The notes beneath the pieces were generated by a model, which did no database searches, was not told where the DNA came from, and saw only the letters and a list, made by a program, of their open reading frames with translations. Position numbers and translations under genes: made by a program. Shown piece by piece: positions 39,079-48,575 of a stretch of DNA of 64,000 nt (positions are counted from its first letter, which is position 1; each line of letters starts with the position of its first letter). The stretch comes from an uncultured Candidatus Saccharibacteria bacterium (GTDB taxonomy: Bacteria > Patescibacteriota > WWE3 > 2-01-FULL-39-13), in assembly GCA_965230915.1 (NCBI GenBank), contig OZ246395.1, positions 728,935 through 792,934 of the forward strand, written 5' to 3'.

Positions 39079-39354
39079 TTACATTCCTGGGAATCCCATA
39101 TCTCCTAGCTGGTTTCTCATTTTCTTCGAAACCTCTTTTTGTGATTCTTTCAAAGCTTTATTAATTGCCTTCTTTATATCGTTTCTTTCTTCACCATTTT
39201 CTAAGACTGTTTCGATATTCTGGTCTCCTCGAATAACAATTTCGAATGGACCTTCTTCTACTGTCACCATTATTTTCTCCATTCTCTTTTTCATTTCGTC
39301 AGTTTGCTTTTTTAACGCGTAAAGCTCTTTCATTTGATTAAACTTTTCCATCAT
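39079..39354 (-). CDS. YbaB/EbfC nucleoid-associated family protein
   Basis: Helix-beta-helix pattern, AINKALK, terminal GDMGFPGM. Confidence 0.7.
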   Translation of the reverse strand: MMEKFNQMKELYALKKQTDEMKKRMEKIMVTVEEGPFEIVIRGDQNIETVLENGEERNDIKKAINKALKESQKEVSKKMRNQLGDMGFPGM

Positions 39355-39379
39355 ATATAGATCTCCTTTAAATTAAGAC

Positions 39380-40678
39380 TTATCGTCTAAAACTATCGTA
39401 CTCTTTAGTAACTACCTGAGATTCAACTTGCTTTATAGTTTGCAATATAACTGAAACTACAATCAAAAGTCCAGTTCCTCCAACCGCTAGTGTCGAAATG
39501 TTTGTAATATTTTGCACAACTGAAGGTAAAATTGCAATTAATCCTAAGAAAACTCCCCCAGCTAGTGTTAGCCTTGAAATTATAAATTTCAAATATTCTA
39601 CTGTTGAACGGCCAGGTCTAATACCGGGAATAAATCCTCCACCTCGTCTAATTTCGTCCGCAATTCTTTCAGGGTTAAAAGTAATTGAGGTATATAGATA
39701 TGTAAAAGCAAAAACCAATAAGAAATAGGTTAAGCTATACAAAATACTTGTAGGACTAAAGTTTATAGCCATCCATGTTCCAATATTCACGAAAGTCGGA
39801 TTGCTCAAGGTTTGTAGGTATGTAGCAATTCCTGATGGCAATAAGATTAATGAGACAGCGAAAATTATTGGAATAACCCCGGCCTGATTTATGCGAACAG
39901 GGATAAAACTTGTTCCTCCCCCGACTGATTTTCCGCCACGCGTCTGTGAAGAATACTGGACTTCAATCTTTCTGTAAGCTTCGTTTGTGTATACAACACC
40001 AGCGATAACCAATGCTGCAACTGCGACAAAAACTAATATGTTGAATATTTGTGTTGAATCAATAACTGAGAAAAATGCTGCAGCACTTGATGGTATTCCA
40101 GCCATAATGCCCGCAAAAACAATTATCGATAGACCATTCCCAATTCCATATTCAGTAATAGTTTCACCAAGCCAAATTAGGAAGAATGAACCTGCACTCA
40201 TAACTAAAACTATTGTTAATAGTTGGAATGGATTCAGATCTGGCAAAACATTAAGGCCTGTTAAGTTTTGCTGTTTTAGTAAAAAGTAAAACCCATATGC
40301 CTGAATTAAAGTTAGTGGAAGAGCCAAAGCCTGGGTATATTGGTTAATTTTTTGGCGTCCATATGATCCTTCTTTCATTAACTCTTCGAGTTGTGGAATA
40401 ACCATTGATAATAACTGAATAATGATTGAAGCGTTAATATAAGGACCTACCCCAAGCGCAATAATTGAAAAGTTTTTTAGACCTCCTCCGGCAAAAATAT
40501 TTAGTGCGCTTAATAAGCCACTAGAATCAAACATCAACCTAAGTGCGGTTGGATCTACGCCTGGTACAGGAATATGCGCTAGAAATCTGTATAAAGCTAA
40601 AATTGCTGCTGTGAATAAAATTTTATTTCTTAAATCGGGGATCCGAAGTGCTTTTGTTAAATAATCTGCCGTAGCCAT
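39380..40678 (-). CDS. secY: preprotein translocase SecY
   Basis: HIPVPG, SIIALGVGPYINASII, GIGNGLS, AGVIPIIFA, FIPGIRPG. Confidence 0.98.
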   Translation of the reverse strand: MATADYLTKALRIPDLRNKILFTAAILALYRFLAHIPVPGVDPTALRLMFDSSGLLSALNIFAGGGLKNFSIIALGVGPYINASIIIQLLSMVIPQLEELMKEGSYGRQKINQYTQALALPLTLIQAYGFYFLLKQQNLTGLNVLPDLNPFQLLTIVLVMSAGSFFLIWLGETITEYGIGNGLSIIVFAGIMAGIPSSAAAFFSVIDSTQIFNILVFVAVAALVIAGVVYTNEAYRKIEVQYSSQTRGGKSVGGGTSFIPVRINQAGVIPIIFAVSLILLPSGIATYLQTLSNPTFVNIGTWMAINFSPTSILYSLTYFLLVFAFTYLYTSITFNPERIADEIRRGGGFIPGIRPGRSTVEYLKFIISRLTLAGGVFLGLIAILPSVVQNITNISTLAVGGTGLLIVVSVILQTIKQVESQVVTKEYDSFRR

Positions 40679-40694
40679 TTATTGAGATTATACC

Positions 40695-41141
40695 TTATTC
40701 GGCTTTTCCGCCAGCGGATTCTATTTTTGATTTAGCTCGTTCTGAGTATGCAAATCCTTTGAGTTCTAAAGCTTTCTCAATTTTTCCTTGTGATAATACT
40801 TTTACGAAATCAAATTTTCCTTTTGCAAAGCTTCTTTCTAAAACCATTTCAGGAGTAACAGTCTTTCCATCAAAATCCATTGCTGACAATTCATCTAAAT
40901 TTACTTCATAAACAACGTTAGCATTATGATTTGTGAATCCGCCAATATATGGCATTCTCTTTGTAAGAGGTGTTTGGCCTCCTTCAAACCATGGAGCTGG
41001 CTGTCCACCTGTTCTGGCTTTTTGACCTTTTCCACCTTTTCCAGATGTATGGCCACCTTTGCCTGATCCGTGTCCTCTTCCAACTCTCTTTGCTTGTCTT
41101 TTTGCTTCTTTAGTTTTTGGTAAATTTGATAAATACTTCAT
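40695..41141 (-). CDS. rplO: 50S ribosomal protein L15
   Basis: RVGRGHGSGKG, FEGGQTP. Confidence 0.96.
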   Translation of the reverse strand: MKYLSNLPKTKEAKRQAKRVGRGHGSGKGGHTSGKGGKGQKARTGGQPAPWFEGGQTPLTKRMPYIGGFTNHNANVVYEVNLDELSAMDFDGKTVTPEMVLERSFAKGKFDFVKVLSQGKIEKALELKGFAYSERAKSKIESAGGKAE

Positions 41142-41155
41142 TTTTGTTCTCCAAA

Positions 41156-41671
41156 CTATTTAGCAGGTCTTTCTACTGATCTTAGTGATTCGAGGGCTTT
41201 CATAATTGTATATGCATTTGAAATAGCATTATTTGTTCCAATAATTTTTACTGAAATATTTTTTACTCCAGCTAAATCTAAAATCTGGCGCATACTTCCA
41301 CCGGCCATAATACCTGCACCCAGTGGAGCTGGTTTTAAGAACAAGATAGAAGCACCATTTTTGATATAAACTTCGTGTGGAATGCTTCCTTCTTCTGTTA
41401 AAGGAATTTTTACCATTGTTCTTCTAGCTTTATCTTTTGATTTTTGAATAGCGGCTGACATTTCTTTTGATTTTGCCAAACCTATTCCAATCATTCCGTT
41501 TCTGTCACCAGCGCATGAAAGAACAGAATAATGCATATTTGCACCTCCAATTCTTTTTGTGGCAACTCTTCGTGGTTTTAAAACTGCTTCTTCAATAGGT
41601 GATCCGCCATCTTCTCGAGGTTTATTTTGGTCACGTCTTTCAAATTTTGGTTTTGATTCTCTTCTTAACAT
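41156..41671 (-). CDS. rpsE: 30S ribosomal protein S5 (divergent)
   Basis: GDRNG.IGIG, SIPHEV, LKPAP.GAG; operon position. Confidence 0.93.
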   Translation of the reverse strand: MLRRESKPKFERRDQNKPREDGGSPIEEAVLKPRRVATKRIGGANMHYSVLSCAGDRNGMIGIGLAKSKEMSAAIQKSKDKARRTMVKIPLTEEGSIPHEVYIKNGASILFLKPAPLGAGIMAGGSMRQILDLAGVKNISVKIIGTNNAISNAYTIMKALESLRSVERPAK

Positions 41672-41715
41672 AATTTTGTAATCAAAATTAGTAGCGAATT
41701 ATTTAATTCGCGTCT
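41669..41715 (-). promoter_or_regulatory. two-hairpin leader motif, copy upstream of rpsE
   Basis: AGAC-GCGAATT/AATTCGC-TAC-TAATTTTG/CAAAATTA-TG. Confidence 0.6.
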
Positions 41716-41722
41716 AATTTTT

Positions 41723-42064
41723 TTAGATTATAATTCCAGCTTCTCTGATTCCATCAGCTAAACTTTTAACTCTACCATGATATCTATATGAACCTCTGTC
41801 GTAAATGCATTTCTCTACTTTCAATTCTTTTAGCTTTTTACCAATTTCTAATCCGATATTCTTTGCCTGATCAACTTTTGGCCCCTTAGCGTCTTTTGTA
41901 TTTGCGCTAACTAGGGTTTTTCCAGCCATGTCATCAATAGCTTGAACATAAATAAATCTGTTTGATCTATATACACTCAATCTTGGTCTATCAGCAGTTC
42001 CGCTTAATTTGGAACTTACTCTTAGTTTTCTTCGGTTTTTAGATGTTTTATGTACCTTTATCAT
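41723..42064 (-). CDS. rplR: 50S ribosomal protein L18
   Basis: RPRLSVYRSN, YDRGSYRYHGRV. Confidence 0.96.
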   Translation of the reverse strand: MIKVHKTSKNRRKLRVSSKLSGTADRPRLSVYRSNRFIYVQAIDDMAGKTLVSANTKDAKGPKVDQAKNIGLEIGKKLKELKVEKCIYDRGSYRYHGRVKSLADGIREAGIII

Positions 42065-42077
42065 AATTTTTTATATT

Positions 42078-42620
42078 TTATGCTTTAGCAGCTTTACCTT
42101 GTTTTCTTCTAACGATTTCACCTTTGTATCTAATTCCTTTACCTTTGTATGGTTCTGGTCTTCTGATATCTCTTATGTTTGAAGCAACTTGTCCTACTAA
42201 TTGGCGGTCGACTCCTGTAACTTTAATTTCAGTATTTGTTGGAACTTCAAAAGTTATTCCTTCTGGAGCTTTAACAATAACTGGGTGTGAATATCCAATA
42301 GCAATTTTTAAATCGTTTCCTTGTTTTTCTACACGATATCCAACTCCAATTAGTTCTAATTCTTTTGTAAAACCTTGGTTTACTCCATTTACTGCATTAT
42401 TGATCATCGCGCGAGCTAGACCCCAATATGCTCTACCGTTTTCAAAAAGTTCGTCTTTTAATGTTAAAAGCAATTTCCCATCTTCTACTTTTGCATCAAC
42501 GACTTTATGCACTTCGATGTTCAAGTTTCCTTTTGGTCCTTTAACACCAACTCTTTTATCATTAATGTTTATTTCGACGCCTTGTGGAATTGTGATTGGT
42601 GCTTTTCCTATTTTACTCAT
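42078..42620 (-). CDS. rplF: 50S ribosomal protein L6
   Basis: MSKIGK, GVGYR, PEPYKGKGIRY. Confidence 0.97.
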   Translation of the reverse strand: MSKIGKAPITIPQGVEININDKRVGVKGPKGNLNIEVHKVVDAKVEDGKLLLTLKDELFENGRAYWGLARAMINNAVNGVNQGFTKELELIGVGYRVEKQGNDLKIAIGYSHPVIVKAPEGITFEVPTNTEIKVTGVDRQLVGQVASNIRDIRRPEPYKGKGIRYKGEIVRRKQGKAAKA

Positions 42621-42625
42621 AGTAT

Positions 42626-43027
42626 TTAATAAACCTCGCAGAGAACTTCTCCGCCTAATTTTTGTCTTCTTGCATCGTCGCTAGACATAATTCCGCGAGA
42701 TGTAGAAATCACTGTGATTCCTAATCCACCTAATACTTTCTTAATATCTTTTGATTTTGAATAGTTTCTTAAACCTGGTTTTGAAACTCTAGTTATTGAT
42801 TGGATAGCAGGAGTTCCGCTTTCAGTATATTTAAGATCTATATGCAAACCCTTATATGCCTTTCCTTCATATTTGAATGACTTTACGCCACCTAAGAAAC
42901 CTTTTGCTTCTAATACTTTAGCAATTTGTTCATTTTGCTTTGTATATGGAAGTTCAAGGCTATCCTTATTTCGCATTTGTGCGTTTCGGATTCTTGTTAA
43001 CATGTCGGATATTGTGTCATTCATCAT
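42626..43027 (-). CDS. rpsH: 30S ribosomal protein S8
   Basis: DMLTRIRNA, VSKPGLR, STSRGIM, GGEV. Confidence 0.97.
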   Translation of the reverse strand: MMNDTISDMLTRIRNAQMRNKDSLELPYTKQNEQIAKVLEAKGFLGGVKSFKYEGKAYKGLHIDLKYTESGTPAIQSITRVSKPGLRNYSKSKDIKKVLGGLGITVISTSRGIMSSDDARRQKLGGEVLCEVY

Positions 43028-43043
43028 AATTTATATTTTTAGA

Positions 43044-43229
43044 TTACCAGCTAGCCTTTGTAACCCCTGGCAAAACTCCTTGGTGAGCAAGTTCTCTTAA
43101 ACAAACACGACAGAGCTTGAATTGGCGGATATATCCTCTTGGACGCCCGCATTTCTCACATCTGTGATACTCTCTTACTTTAAATCTCTTTGGTTTTTTC
43201 CATCTTTCGACTAATCCTACTCTAGACAT
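43044..43229 (-). CDS. rpsN: 30S ribosomal protein S14 (Zn-binding type Z)
   Basis: [24 protein letters not shown]. Confidence 0.96.
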   Translation of the reverse strand: MSRVGLVERWKKPKRFKVREYHRCEKCGRPRGYIRQFKLCRVCLRELAHQGVLPGVTKASW

Positions 43230-43230
43230 T

Positions 43231-43773
43231 TTATTTACCCTCTCTAAATGGCATTCCTAATGCCTTTAACAATTTATGACCATCAGCGTCTTGATTAGCT
43301 GAGGTGCTTACTGTGACCTGCAACGATTTAGCAAAACCCATTTTATTAGGATCGATTTCTGGGAACACGATGTGTTCTCTTAATCCTAAGTTATAGTTTC
43401 CTGTACCATCAAATGATCTTGGGCTGACTCCTCTGAAGTCTTTCACACGAGGTAGCACTATTTTAACCAATTTTTCATAAAAATCCCACATCTTTTTGCC
43501 TCGTAAGGTTACGGTTAATCCAACCATTTGACCTTTTCTAAGCTTAAAGTTTGAGATAGAAGTATTCGCATTTCTACCGCTTGGTTTTTGACCTGAAATA
43601 ACAGTCATATCATTGATAGCTTCCTGAACAAAAGATTTGTTATCTCTATTTTTACCAATACCCATATTAATTGTGATTTTCTTCATTGCAGGAACAGCTG
43701 CAGAAGAGGTTAATCCCAATTCTTTTTGTAATTCTGCTTTTATGTTTTTTTCGTATTGCTCTTTAAGTGTCAT
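43231..43773 (-). CDS. rplE: 50S ribosomal protein L5
   Basis: [26 protein letters not shown]. Confidence 0.97.
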   Translation of the reverse strand: MTLKEQYEKNIKAELQKELGLTSSAAVPAMKKITINMGIGKNRDNKSFVQEAINDMTVISGQKPSGRNANTSISNFKLRKGQMVGLTVTLRGKKMWDFYEKLVKIVLPRVKDFRGVSPRSFDGTGNYNLGLREHIVFPEIDPNKMGFAKSLQVTVSTSANQDADGHKLLKALGMPFREGK

Positions 43774-43778
43774 AATTT

Positions 43779-44096
43779 TTACTTAGTTTTACCTTTAGCC
43801 TTAACTACTTCGCCTGATTTCTTAGCTACTCTATGTTTTTTACCGTCTACTAATTTGAATCCAACTCTAGTTGCTTTGTCTCCATCGATTAACATAACAT
43901 TTGAAACGTTGATTGGCTTTTCCAACTTAACAATTCCGCCTTCTCTTTCTCTAGTTGCTTTAATATGACGAGTGGTCATATTTACGCCTTCTACAGTTAC
44001 AGTTCCATATTTAATATTAACTCTAGCAACAACGCCTTCTTTTCCTTTGTCTTTTCCTGCTATTACTTTTACTTTATCCCCTGTTCGAATTTTCAT
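43779..44096 (-). CDS. rplX: 50S ribosomal protein L24
   Basis: GDKVKVIAGKDKGKEG, SNV. Confidence 0.96.
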   Translation of the reverse strand: MKIRTGDKVKVIAGKDKGKEGVVARVNIKYGTVTVEGVNMTTRHIKATREREGGIVKLEKPINVSNVMLIDGDKATRVGFKLVDGKKHRVAKKSGEVVKAKGKTK

Positions 44097-44098
44097 GA

Positions 44099-44470
44099 TT
44101 ACCAGACCTCCGCTGCTAACGAAACTATTTTTGTGAAACCAGCATCTCTTAATTCACGTGCTACTGGTCCGAAAATACGGGTTGCACGTGGAGCTTTAGC
44201 TTTATCAATTATTACTCCTGCGTTGTCATCAAATCTAATATAGCTGCCATCTTTTCTTCTGGACTCTTTCTTAGTTCTAACGATAACGACTTTTACTACT
44301 TCATGATCATTTACATTTGTTCCGATTCCAGTTGTCCCTCTTACTGAGCAAGTAATAACATCACCAACCGTTGCAAAACGAACTTTTGAGTATCCAGGAA
44401 TCCCAATAACGTTTAATTCTTTAGCTCCTGAGTTATCTGCACTTTTAATGATTGATCCTGCTTGTATCAT
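44099..44470 (-). CDS. rplN: 50S ribosomal protein L14
   Basis: [25 protein letters not shown]. Confidence 0.97.
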   Translation of the reverse strand: MIQAGSIIKSADNSGAKELNVIGIPGYSKVRFATVGDVITCSVRGTTGIGTNVNDHEVVKVVIVRTKKESRRKDGSYIRFDDNAGVIIDKAKAPRATRIFGPVARELRDAGFTKIVSLAAEVW

Positions 44471-44724
44471 TACTTATTCTCCTTAGGCTTCTTATCACCA
44501 TTAACAATTTTCCAGGATTTAGTTTTACTAACCTTTGCAATTTCCTGAATGGTTACAAAATCTCCTTCCTTAATATCTTTGCCTTCATACTGAGCTTTTA
44601 GCTTCTTGTGAAGTTTGAATCTACGTCCATATACTGGGTGAACTTTTGAATATTCGACCTGTACTACGACTGTTTTATCCATTTTTGTAGACACGACTGT
44701 GCCTTTCATTATTCGACTAGCCAT
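44470..44724 (-). CDS. rpsQ: 30S ribosomal protein S17
   Basis: [25 protein letters not shown]. Confidence 0.95.
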   Translation of the reverse strand: MASRIMKGTVVSTKMDKTVVVQVEYSKVHPVYGRRFKLHKKLKAQYEGKDIKEGDFVTIQEIAKVSKTKSWKIVNGDKKPKENK

Positions 44725-44917
44725 TGAGTATCTCCTTTTCTTTTAAAACTGTTTTGATTCTAGCAATATCTTTTTTGATTTTGTTGAATACGCTAGTATC
44801 TTTTGATTTGCCGACAGTATACATTATTTTCTTCTCCATTAACTCATTATTCTTAGTTTTTAGATTTTCGGTTAGCTTTGTTGTATCTAATTTTCTTAAA
44901 TCAGCAATTTTTTCCAT
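44717..44917 (-). CDS. rpmC: 50S ribosomal protein L29
   Basis: KKDIARIKTVL; operon position. Confidence 0.93.
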   Translation of the reverse strand: MEKIADLRKLDTTKLTENLKTKNNELMEKKIMYTVGKSKDTSVFNKIKKDIARIKTVLKEKEILNG

Positions 44918-44921
44918 ATAA

Positions 44922-45329
44922 TTATTCCTCAGAAATAAACTTAGTCTTAAATGGCAACTTTGTAGCCGCTAATCTGAAAGCTTCGCGAGCTGTTGCTTCA
45001 TCTAATCCTGACAATTCAAATAACATTTTTCCTGGTTTAATAACTGCAACATAGTGATCTACAGCTCCCTTTCCTTTACCCATACGAACAGCAAGTGGCT
45101 TTTGAGTTACTGGCTTAGATGGGAAAATTCTAATCCACATCTTTCCGCCTCTTTTTGTTGCACCTGTGATAGCTTTTCTAGCTGATTCGATCTGTCTTGA
45201 AGAAACAAATCCTCTATCTAGAGCTTTTAATCCAAATTCTCCGAAGGATAATTCAGCTCCTCGCTGGCTTATTCCACGGTTTTTGCCTTTCATCATTTTT
45301 CTAAATTTGGTTCGTTTTGGTAGCATCAT
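44922..45329 (-). CDS. rplP: 50S ribosomal protein L16
   Basis: [24 protein letters not shown]. Confidence 0.97.
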   Translation of the reverse strand: MMLPKRTKFRKMMKGKNRGISQRGAELSFGEFGLKALDRGFVSSRQIESARKAITGATKRGGKMWIRIFPSKPVTQKPLAVRMGKGKGAVDHYVAVIKPGKMLFELSGLDEATAREAFRLAATKLPFKTKFISEE

Positions 45330-45346
45330 AATTTGTTTCTCCCTTA

Positions 45347-45982
45347 TTACTTGGTTTCAACTTCACCTTTATATACCCATACTTTGATTCCAATAGTTCC
45401 GCCTCTTGTGTAAGAGACAGCTTTTGCGAAATCGATATTAGCTCTTAAAGTTTGAGTTGGAACTGCGCCTTTAGTAACCATATCAGTCATAGCAATGCTA
45501 TTTGGACCATTAACTGTACCGTTTATTTCTATTTTGATTCCTTTTGCACCAGCATTCATAGCTTTTTCTGCAGCCATGTTAATTGCGCGCTTTGCACTAA
45601 TACGTCTTTCAATTTGCATAGCAATTGCTTCTGCGACAATAGGTGCGCTAGCTTCTGCATTTTTTACTTCTTCGATCTGTAGATCGATATCATTCTTTGT
45701 TAATTTTGATATCTTTGATCTGATTTCTGCTAAACCAGCACCTTTTCGTCCGATAACAACTCCTGGTCTTGAAACTCTTATAACGATTTTCACAGCTTTA
45801 ATTGATCTTTCGATTAAAATTGCTTCAACTCCGGCACTTCTTAATGACTTTGTTAAATATTTTCTTATGTTGTAATCCTCTAACAAGAAATTAGCGTATC
45901 TGTCGCCTTCGGCATACCAAGTTGATTTCCAATCTTGTGTTATACCTACTCTTAATCCTGTTGGGTTAATTTTTCGACTCAT
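45347..45982 (-). CDS. rpsC: 30S ribosomal protein S3
   Basis: [36 protein letters not shown]. Confidence 0.96.
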   Translation of the reverse strand: MSRKINPTGLRVGITQDWKSTWYAEGDRYANFLLEDYNIRKYLTKSLRSAGVEAILIERSIKAVKIVIRVSRPGVVIGRKGAGLAEIRSKISKLTKNDIDLQIEEVKNAEASAPIVAEAIAMQIERRISAKRAINMAAEKAMNAGAKGIKIEINGTVNGPNSIAMTDMVTKGAVPTQTLRANIDFAKAVSYTRGGTIGIKVWVYKGEVETK

Positions 45983-46431
45983 TATTTAGTCTCCTTTTTT
46001 GCTTGTTCTCGCTTGGCGAGTGACTTTTCCTGTTTTGCAGGTACTTCTACTGTCTTGGCCACTTTTTGTTCGCCCTTTGACCCCAAAATAACTGTAATAT
46101 GTGTTGTTCTTTTCCAAATTGGCTTAAATCTGCCTTGCGCGGCAAATCTTCCACCTTTTCTAACTGGTCCTGGACCAATTTTTACATCTGCTACGTATAA
46201 AGAATCTTTTTCATATCCAAAATTGTGTGTTCCATTTGCAATTGCTGTATCAACGACGCCTCTGATAATACCAGAAGCTTTTTTATCATTAAAATCTAAG
46301 AATCTGATAGCATCAGCAATTTTCATTCCGCGAATAGCGTTAGCAACAAGCACTACTTTTCTAGGGGCAACTCTTGCCATTACATATTTGCTCTTTATTA
46401 ATTTGTTGGTTTCAGTCTTATTTTCAGCCAT
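45982..46431 (-). CDS. rplV: 50S ribosomal protein L22
   Basis: APRKV.LVA..IRG, AIAN, KRTTHITV. Confidence 0.95.
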   Translation of the reverse strand: MAENKTETNKLIKSKYVMARVAPRKVVLVANAIRGMKIADAIRFLDFNDKKASGIIRGVVDTAIANGTHNFGYEKDSLYVADVKIGPGPVRKGGRFAAQGRFKPIWKRTTHITVILGSKGEQKVAKTVEVPAKQEKSLAKREQAKKETK

Positions 46432-46436
46432 TTTAA

Positions 46437-46739
46437 TTATTTAGGTGGCATCTTACCGCCTGATGGAGCAGCTGCAACTTTCTTCTTTGCATGTGCTCTA
46501 AATGTTCTAGTTGGAGCAAATTCCCCTAATTTGTGACCTACCATTGATTCGGTAACAAATACTGGAACATGCTTTTTACCATTGTGTACATCAAAATTTA
46601 TTCCAACCATGTCTGGAGTTATAGTTGAGGTTCTCGACCATGTCTTGATCGAGGCTCTACCCCCAGAAGCTTTCGCTTTAGCTATTTTTTCTAATAATTT
46701 TTCATCTACGTATGGTCCTTTCTTTAGTGATCTAGACAT
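46437..46739 (-). CDS. rpsS: 30S ribosomal protein S19
   Basis: [30 protein letters not shown]. Confidence 0.97.
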   Translation of the reverse strand: MSRSLKKGPYVDEKLLEKIAKAKASGGRASIKTWSRTSTITPDMVGINFDVHNGKKHVPVFVTESMVGHKLGEFAPTRTFRAHAKKKVAAAPSGGKMPPK

Positions 46740-46746
46740 ATTTTAA

Positions 46747-47589
46747 TTATTGCGCTTTTTTGGATCTTCTATCTTGAACTATATACTTATTAGTGTGTTT
46801 TCTACTTCTAGTCTTCTTTCCTTTTGATAAATTACCCCATTTGTCGACCGGTTGTCTTCCAAGACGTCTCTTATATGATCCTGCTAATGGATGTCCGTAT
46901 GAACGGGTTTTAGCTCTAACTTTTGGTCTTCTTCCCTTATGATATGATCTTCCAGCCTTTCCTAATTTTATAAGCTTCCATTCTTCGTTACTGAGCTGTC
47001 CTATTGTAGCAAAACATTGGGCTAAAAATCTTCTTACTTCTCCGCTAGACATCTTTACATTTACATAATCGCCTTCTTTAGCAGTTATAAAAGCTGCTCC
47101 TCCTGCAGTTCTAACAAATTTAGCTCCTGCACCTGGGTATAACTCTATGTTATGGATAGCAACTCCTAATGGGATATTTGCGAGCCTCATAGTGTTAGCT
47201 GGACGGATATCTGTTTTTTCACTGGAAACGACCTTATCGCCTATTTTAAGGCCTTGTGGGGCTAAAATATAACGATATTCTCCATCTGCATAAAGTACTA
47301 ATGCAATGCTTGTAGTTCTGTTAGGATCGTATTCAATAGCAACAACGGTTGCTGGAACATCTAGTTTTTCTCTCTTAAAGTCGATTTCTCTGTATAATTT
47401 TTTAGCTCCAACTCTACGATTGTAGATAGTTGTTCTTCCAGCTGAACGTCCCACTGCACCTCTTTCTTTTCGGTTTTTTAGTGCTTTTCTAGCTGATTTC
47501 GAAACACCTTTCTTTTCACCAAGATTTTCGTTTTTTAAGTATGTTTGTCCTCTTCTTGCTGGACTTGTTGGTTTTACTCTTTTTATCAT
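46747..47589 (-). CDS. rplB: 50S ribosomal protein L2 (divergent termini)
   Basis: YREIDFKR, IEYDPNR, IHNIEL, SGEVR, GKAGR. Confidence 0.96.
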   Translation of the reverse strand: MIKRVKPTSPARRGQTYLKNENLGEKKGVSKSARKALKNRKERGAVGRSAGRTTIYNRRVGAKKLYREIDFKREKLDVPATVVAIEYDPNRTTSIALVLYADGEYRYILAPQGLKIGDKVVSSEKTDIRPANTMRLANIPLGVAIHNIELYPGAGAKFVRTAGGAAFITAKEGDYVNVKMSSGEVRRFLAQCFATIGQLSNEEWKLIKLGKAGRSYHKGRRPKVRAKTRSYGHPLAGSYKRRLGRQPVDKWGNLSKGKKTRSRKHTNKYIVQDRRSKKAQ

Positions 47590-47642
47590 AATTCTAATTT
47601 TTGCTAAAAATTACTAGCGAAATTTTAATAAATTTCGCGTCT
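47587..47642 (-). promoter_or_regulatory. two-hairpin leader motif, copy upstream of rplB
   Basis: AGAC-GCGAAATTT/AAATTTCGC-TAG-TAATTTTT/AAAAATTA-GAATT-ATG. Confidence 0.6.
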
Positions 47643-47944
47643 TATTTATCGCCTCCGTCGTAAAGATTTAATTTATCTCCCTTTTTAAGTTCAACGATAG
47701 CTTTTTTAACAGATGGACGGCTATATTTTCTTCTTGCGCCGGTCCAACTTCTCTTTGTCTTTTCGCGACTTCTTAAAACATTAACTTCGATTACAGTAAC
47801 TCCATATAGTTTTTCGACAGCTTCTTTAATTTGTCCTTTTGAGGCATCTTTTCCGACTATAAAGCTGTATTTGTTTTCAGCTTCATGAATTCTTGATGCT
47901 TTTTCGGTTAATATACTTGATTTTAATATTCCTCTTGAGTCCAT
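47642..47944 (-). CDS. rplW: 50S ribosomal protein L23
   Basis: TEKA, KGQIKEAVEKLYGV, KKAIV. Confidence 0.95.
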   Translation of the reverse strand: MDSRGILKSSILTEKASRIHEAENKYSFIVGKDASKGQIKEAVEKLYGVTVIEVNVLRSREKTKRSWTGARRKYSRPSVKKAIVELKKGDKLNLYDGGDK

Positions 47945-47946
47945 GA

Positions 47947-48573
47947 TTATTCTCCTTTAAAGAACTTACCAGTAAACAATTCAAATGATTTTTTATCCAT
48001 GACAATGCTGTCTGCCTCTAAAATTTCAAAGGCACTTACTTCATCTATGCTTGTAACTCTTACTGTAGGTATATTTCTGAATGATTTGTAAACTTCAGGG
48101 GTATTTGATTGTAAAACCAATACTTTTCCTTCTGTCTTTAATGAATTCAATAGTGATGAAGCTTTCTTTGTTGAATGTTTTAATTCATCTGAAACATTAA
48201 AAACTTTAGCTTTATCATTATTCAATTTTTCTACAAATGCTAGTTGAATAGCCTGTCTCTTTAATCTTTTAAGAGCTTTGATTGACCAACTCTTTGGGTT
48301 TGGTCCATGAGTGACTCCGCCGCCAACCCATAATGGTGATCTTGAAGATCCAGCTCTTGCACGACCTGTACCTTTTTGTTTCCAAGGTTTTTTACCTCCA
48401 CCACTTACTTCTGATTTGTCTTTTGTTTTTACAGTTCCTTGTCTTTGATTTGTCTGGAAAATTCTTACATATTGAACTAATACATTTTTGTCTAGTTCAG
48501 TAACAGCTTTATCAAAGCTAAAATCAATGTTTTCTGAAGTTTTTCCTGATATATCAAATACGTCTAATTTCAT
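47947..48573 (-). CDS. rplD: 50S ribosomal protein L4
   Basis: RQGT..TK..SEVSGGGKKPWKQKGTGRARAGS. Confidence 0.97.
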   Translation of the reverse strand: MKLDVFDISGKTSENIDFSFDKAVTELDKNVLVQYVRIFQTNQRQGTVKTKDKSEVSGGGKKPWKQKGTGRARAGSSRSPLWVGGGVTHGPNPKSWSIKALKRLKRQAIQLAFVEKLNNDKAKVFNVSDELKHSTKKASSLLNSLKTEGKVLVLQSNTPEVYKSFRNIPTVRVTSIDEVSAFEILEADSIVMDKKSFELFTGKFFKGE

Positions 48574-48575
48574 GA

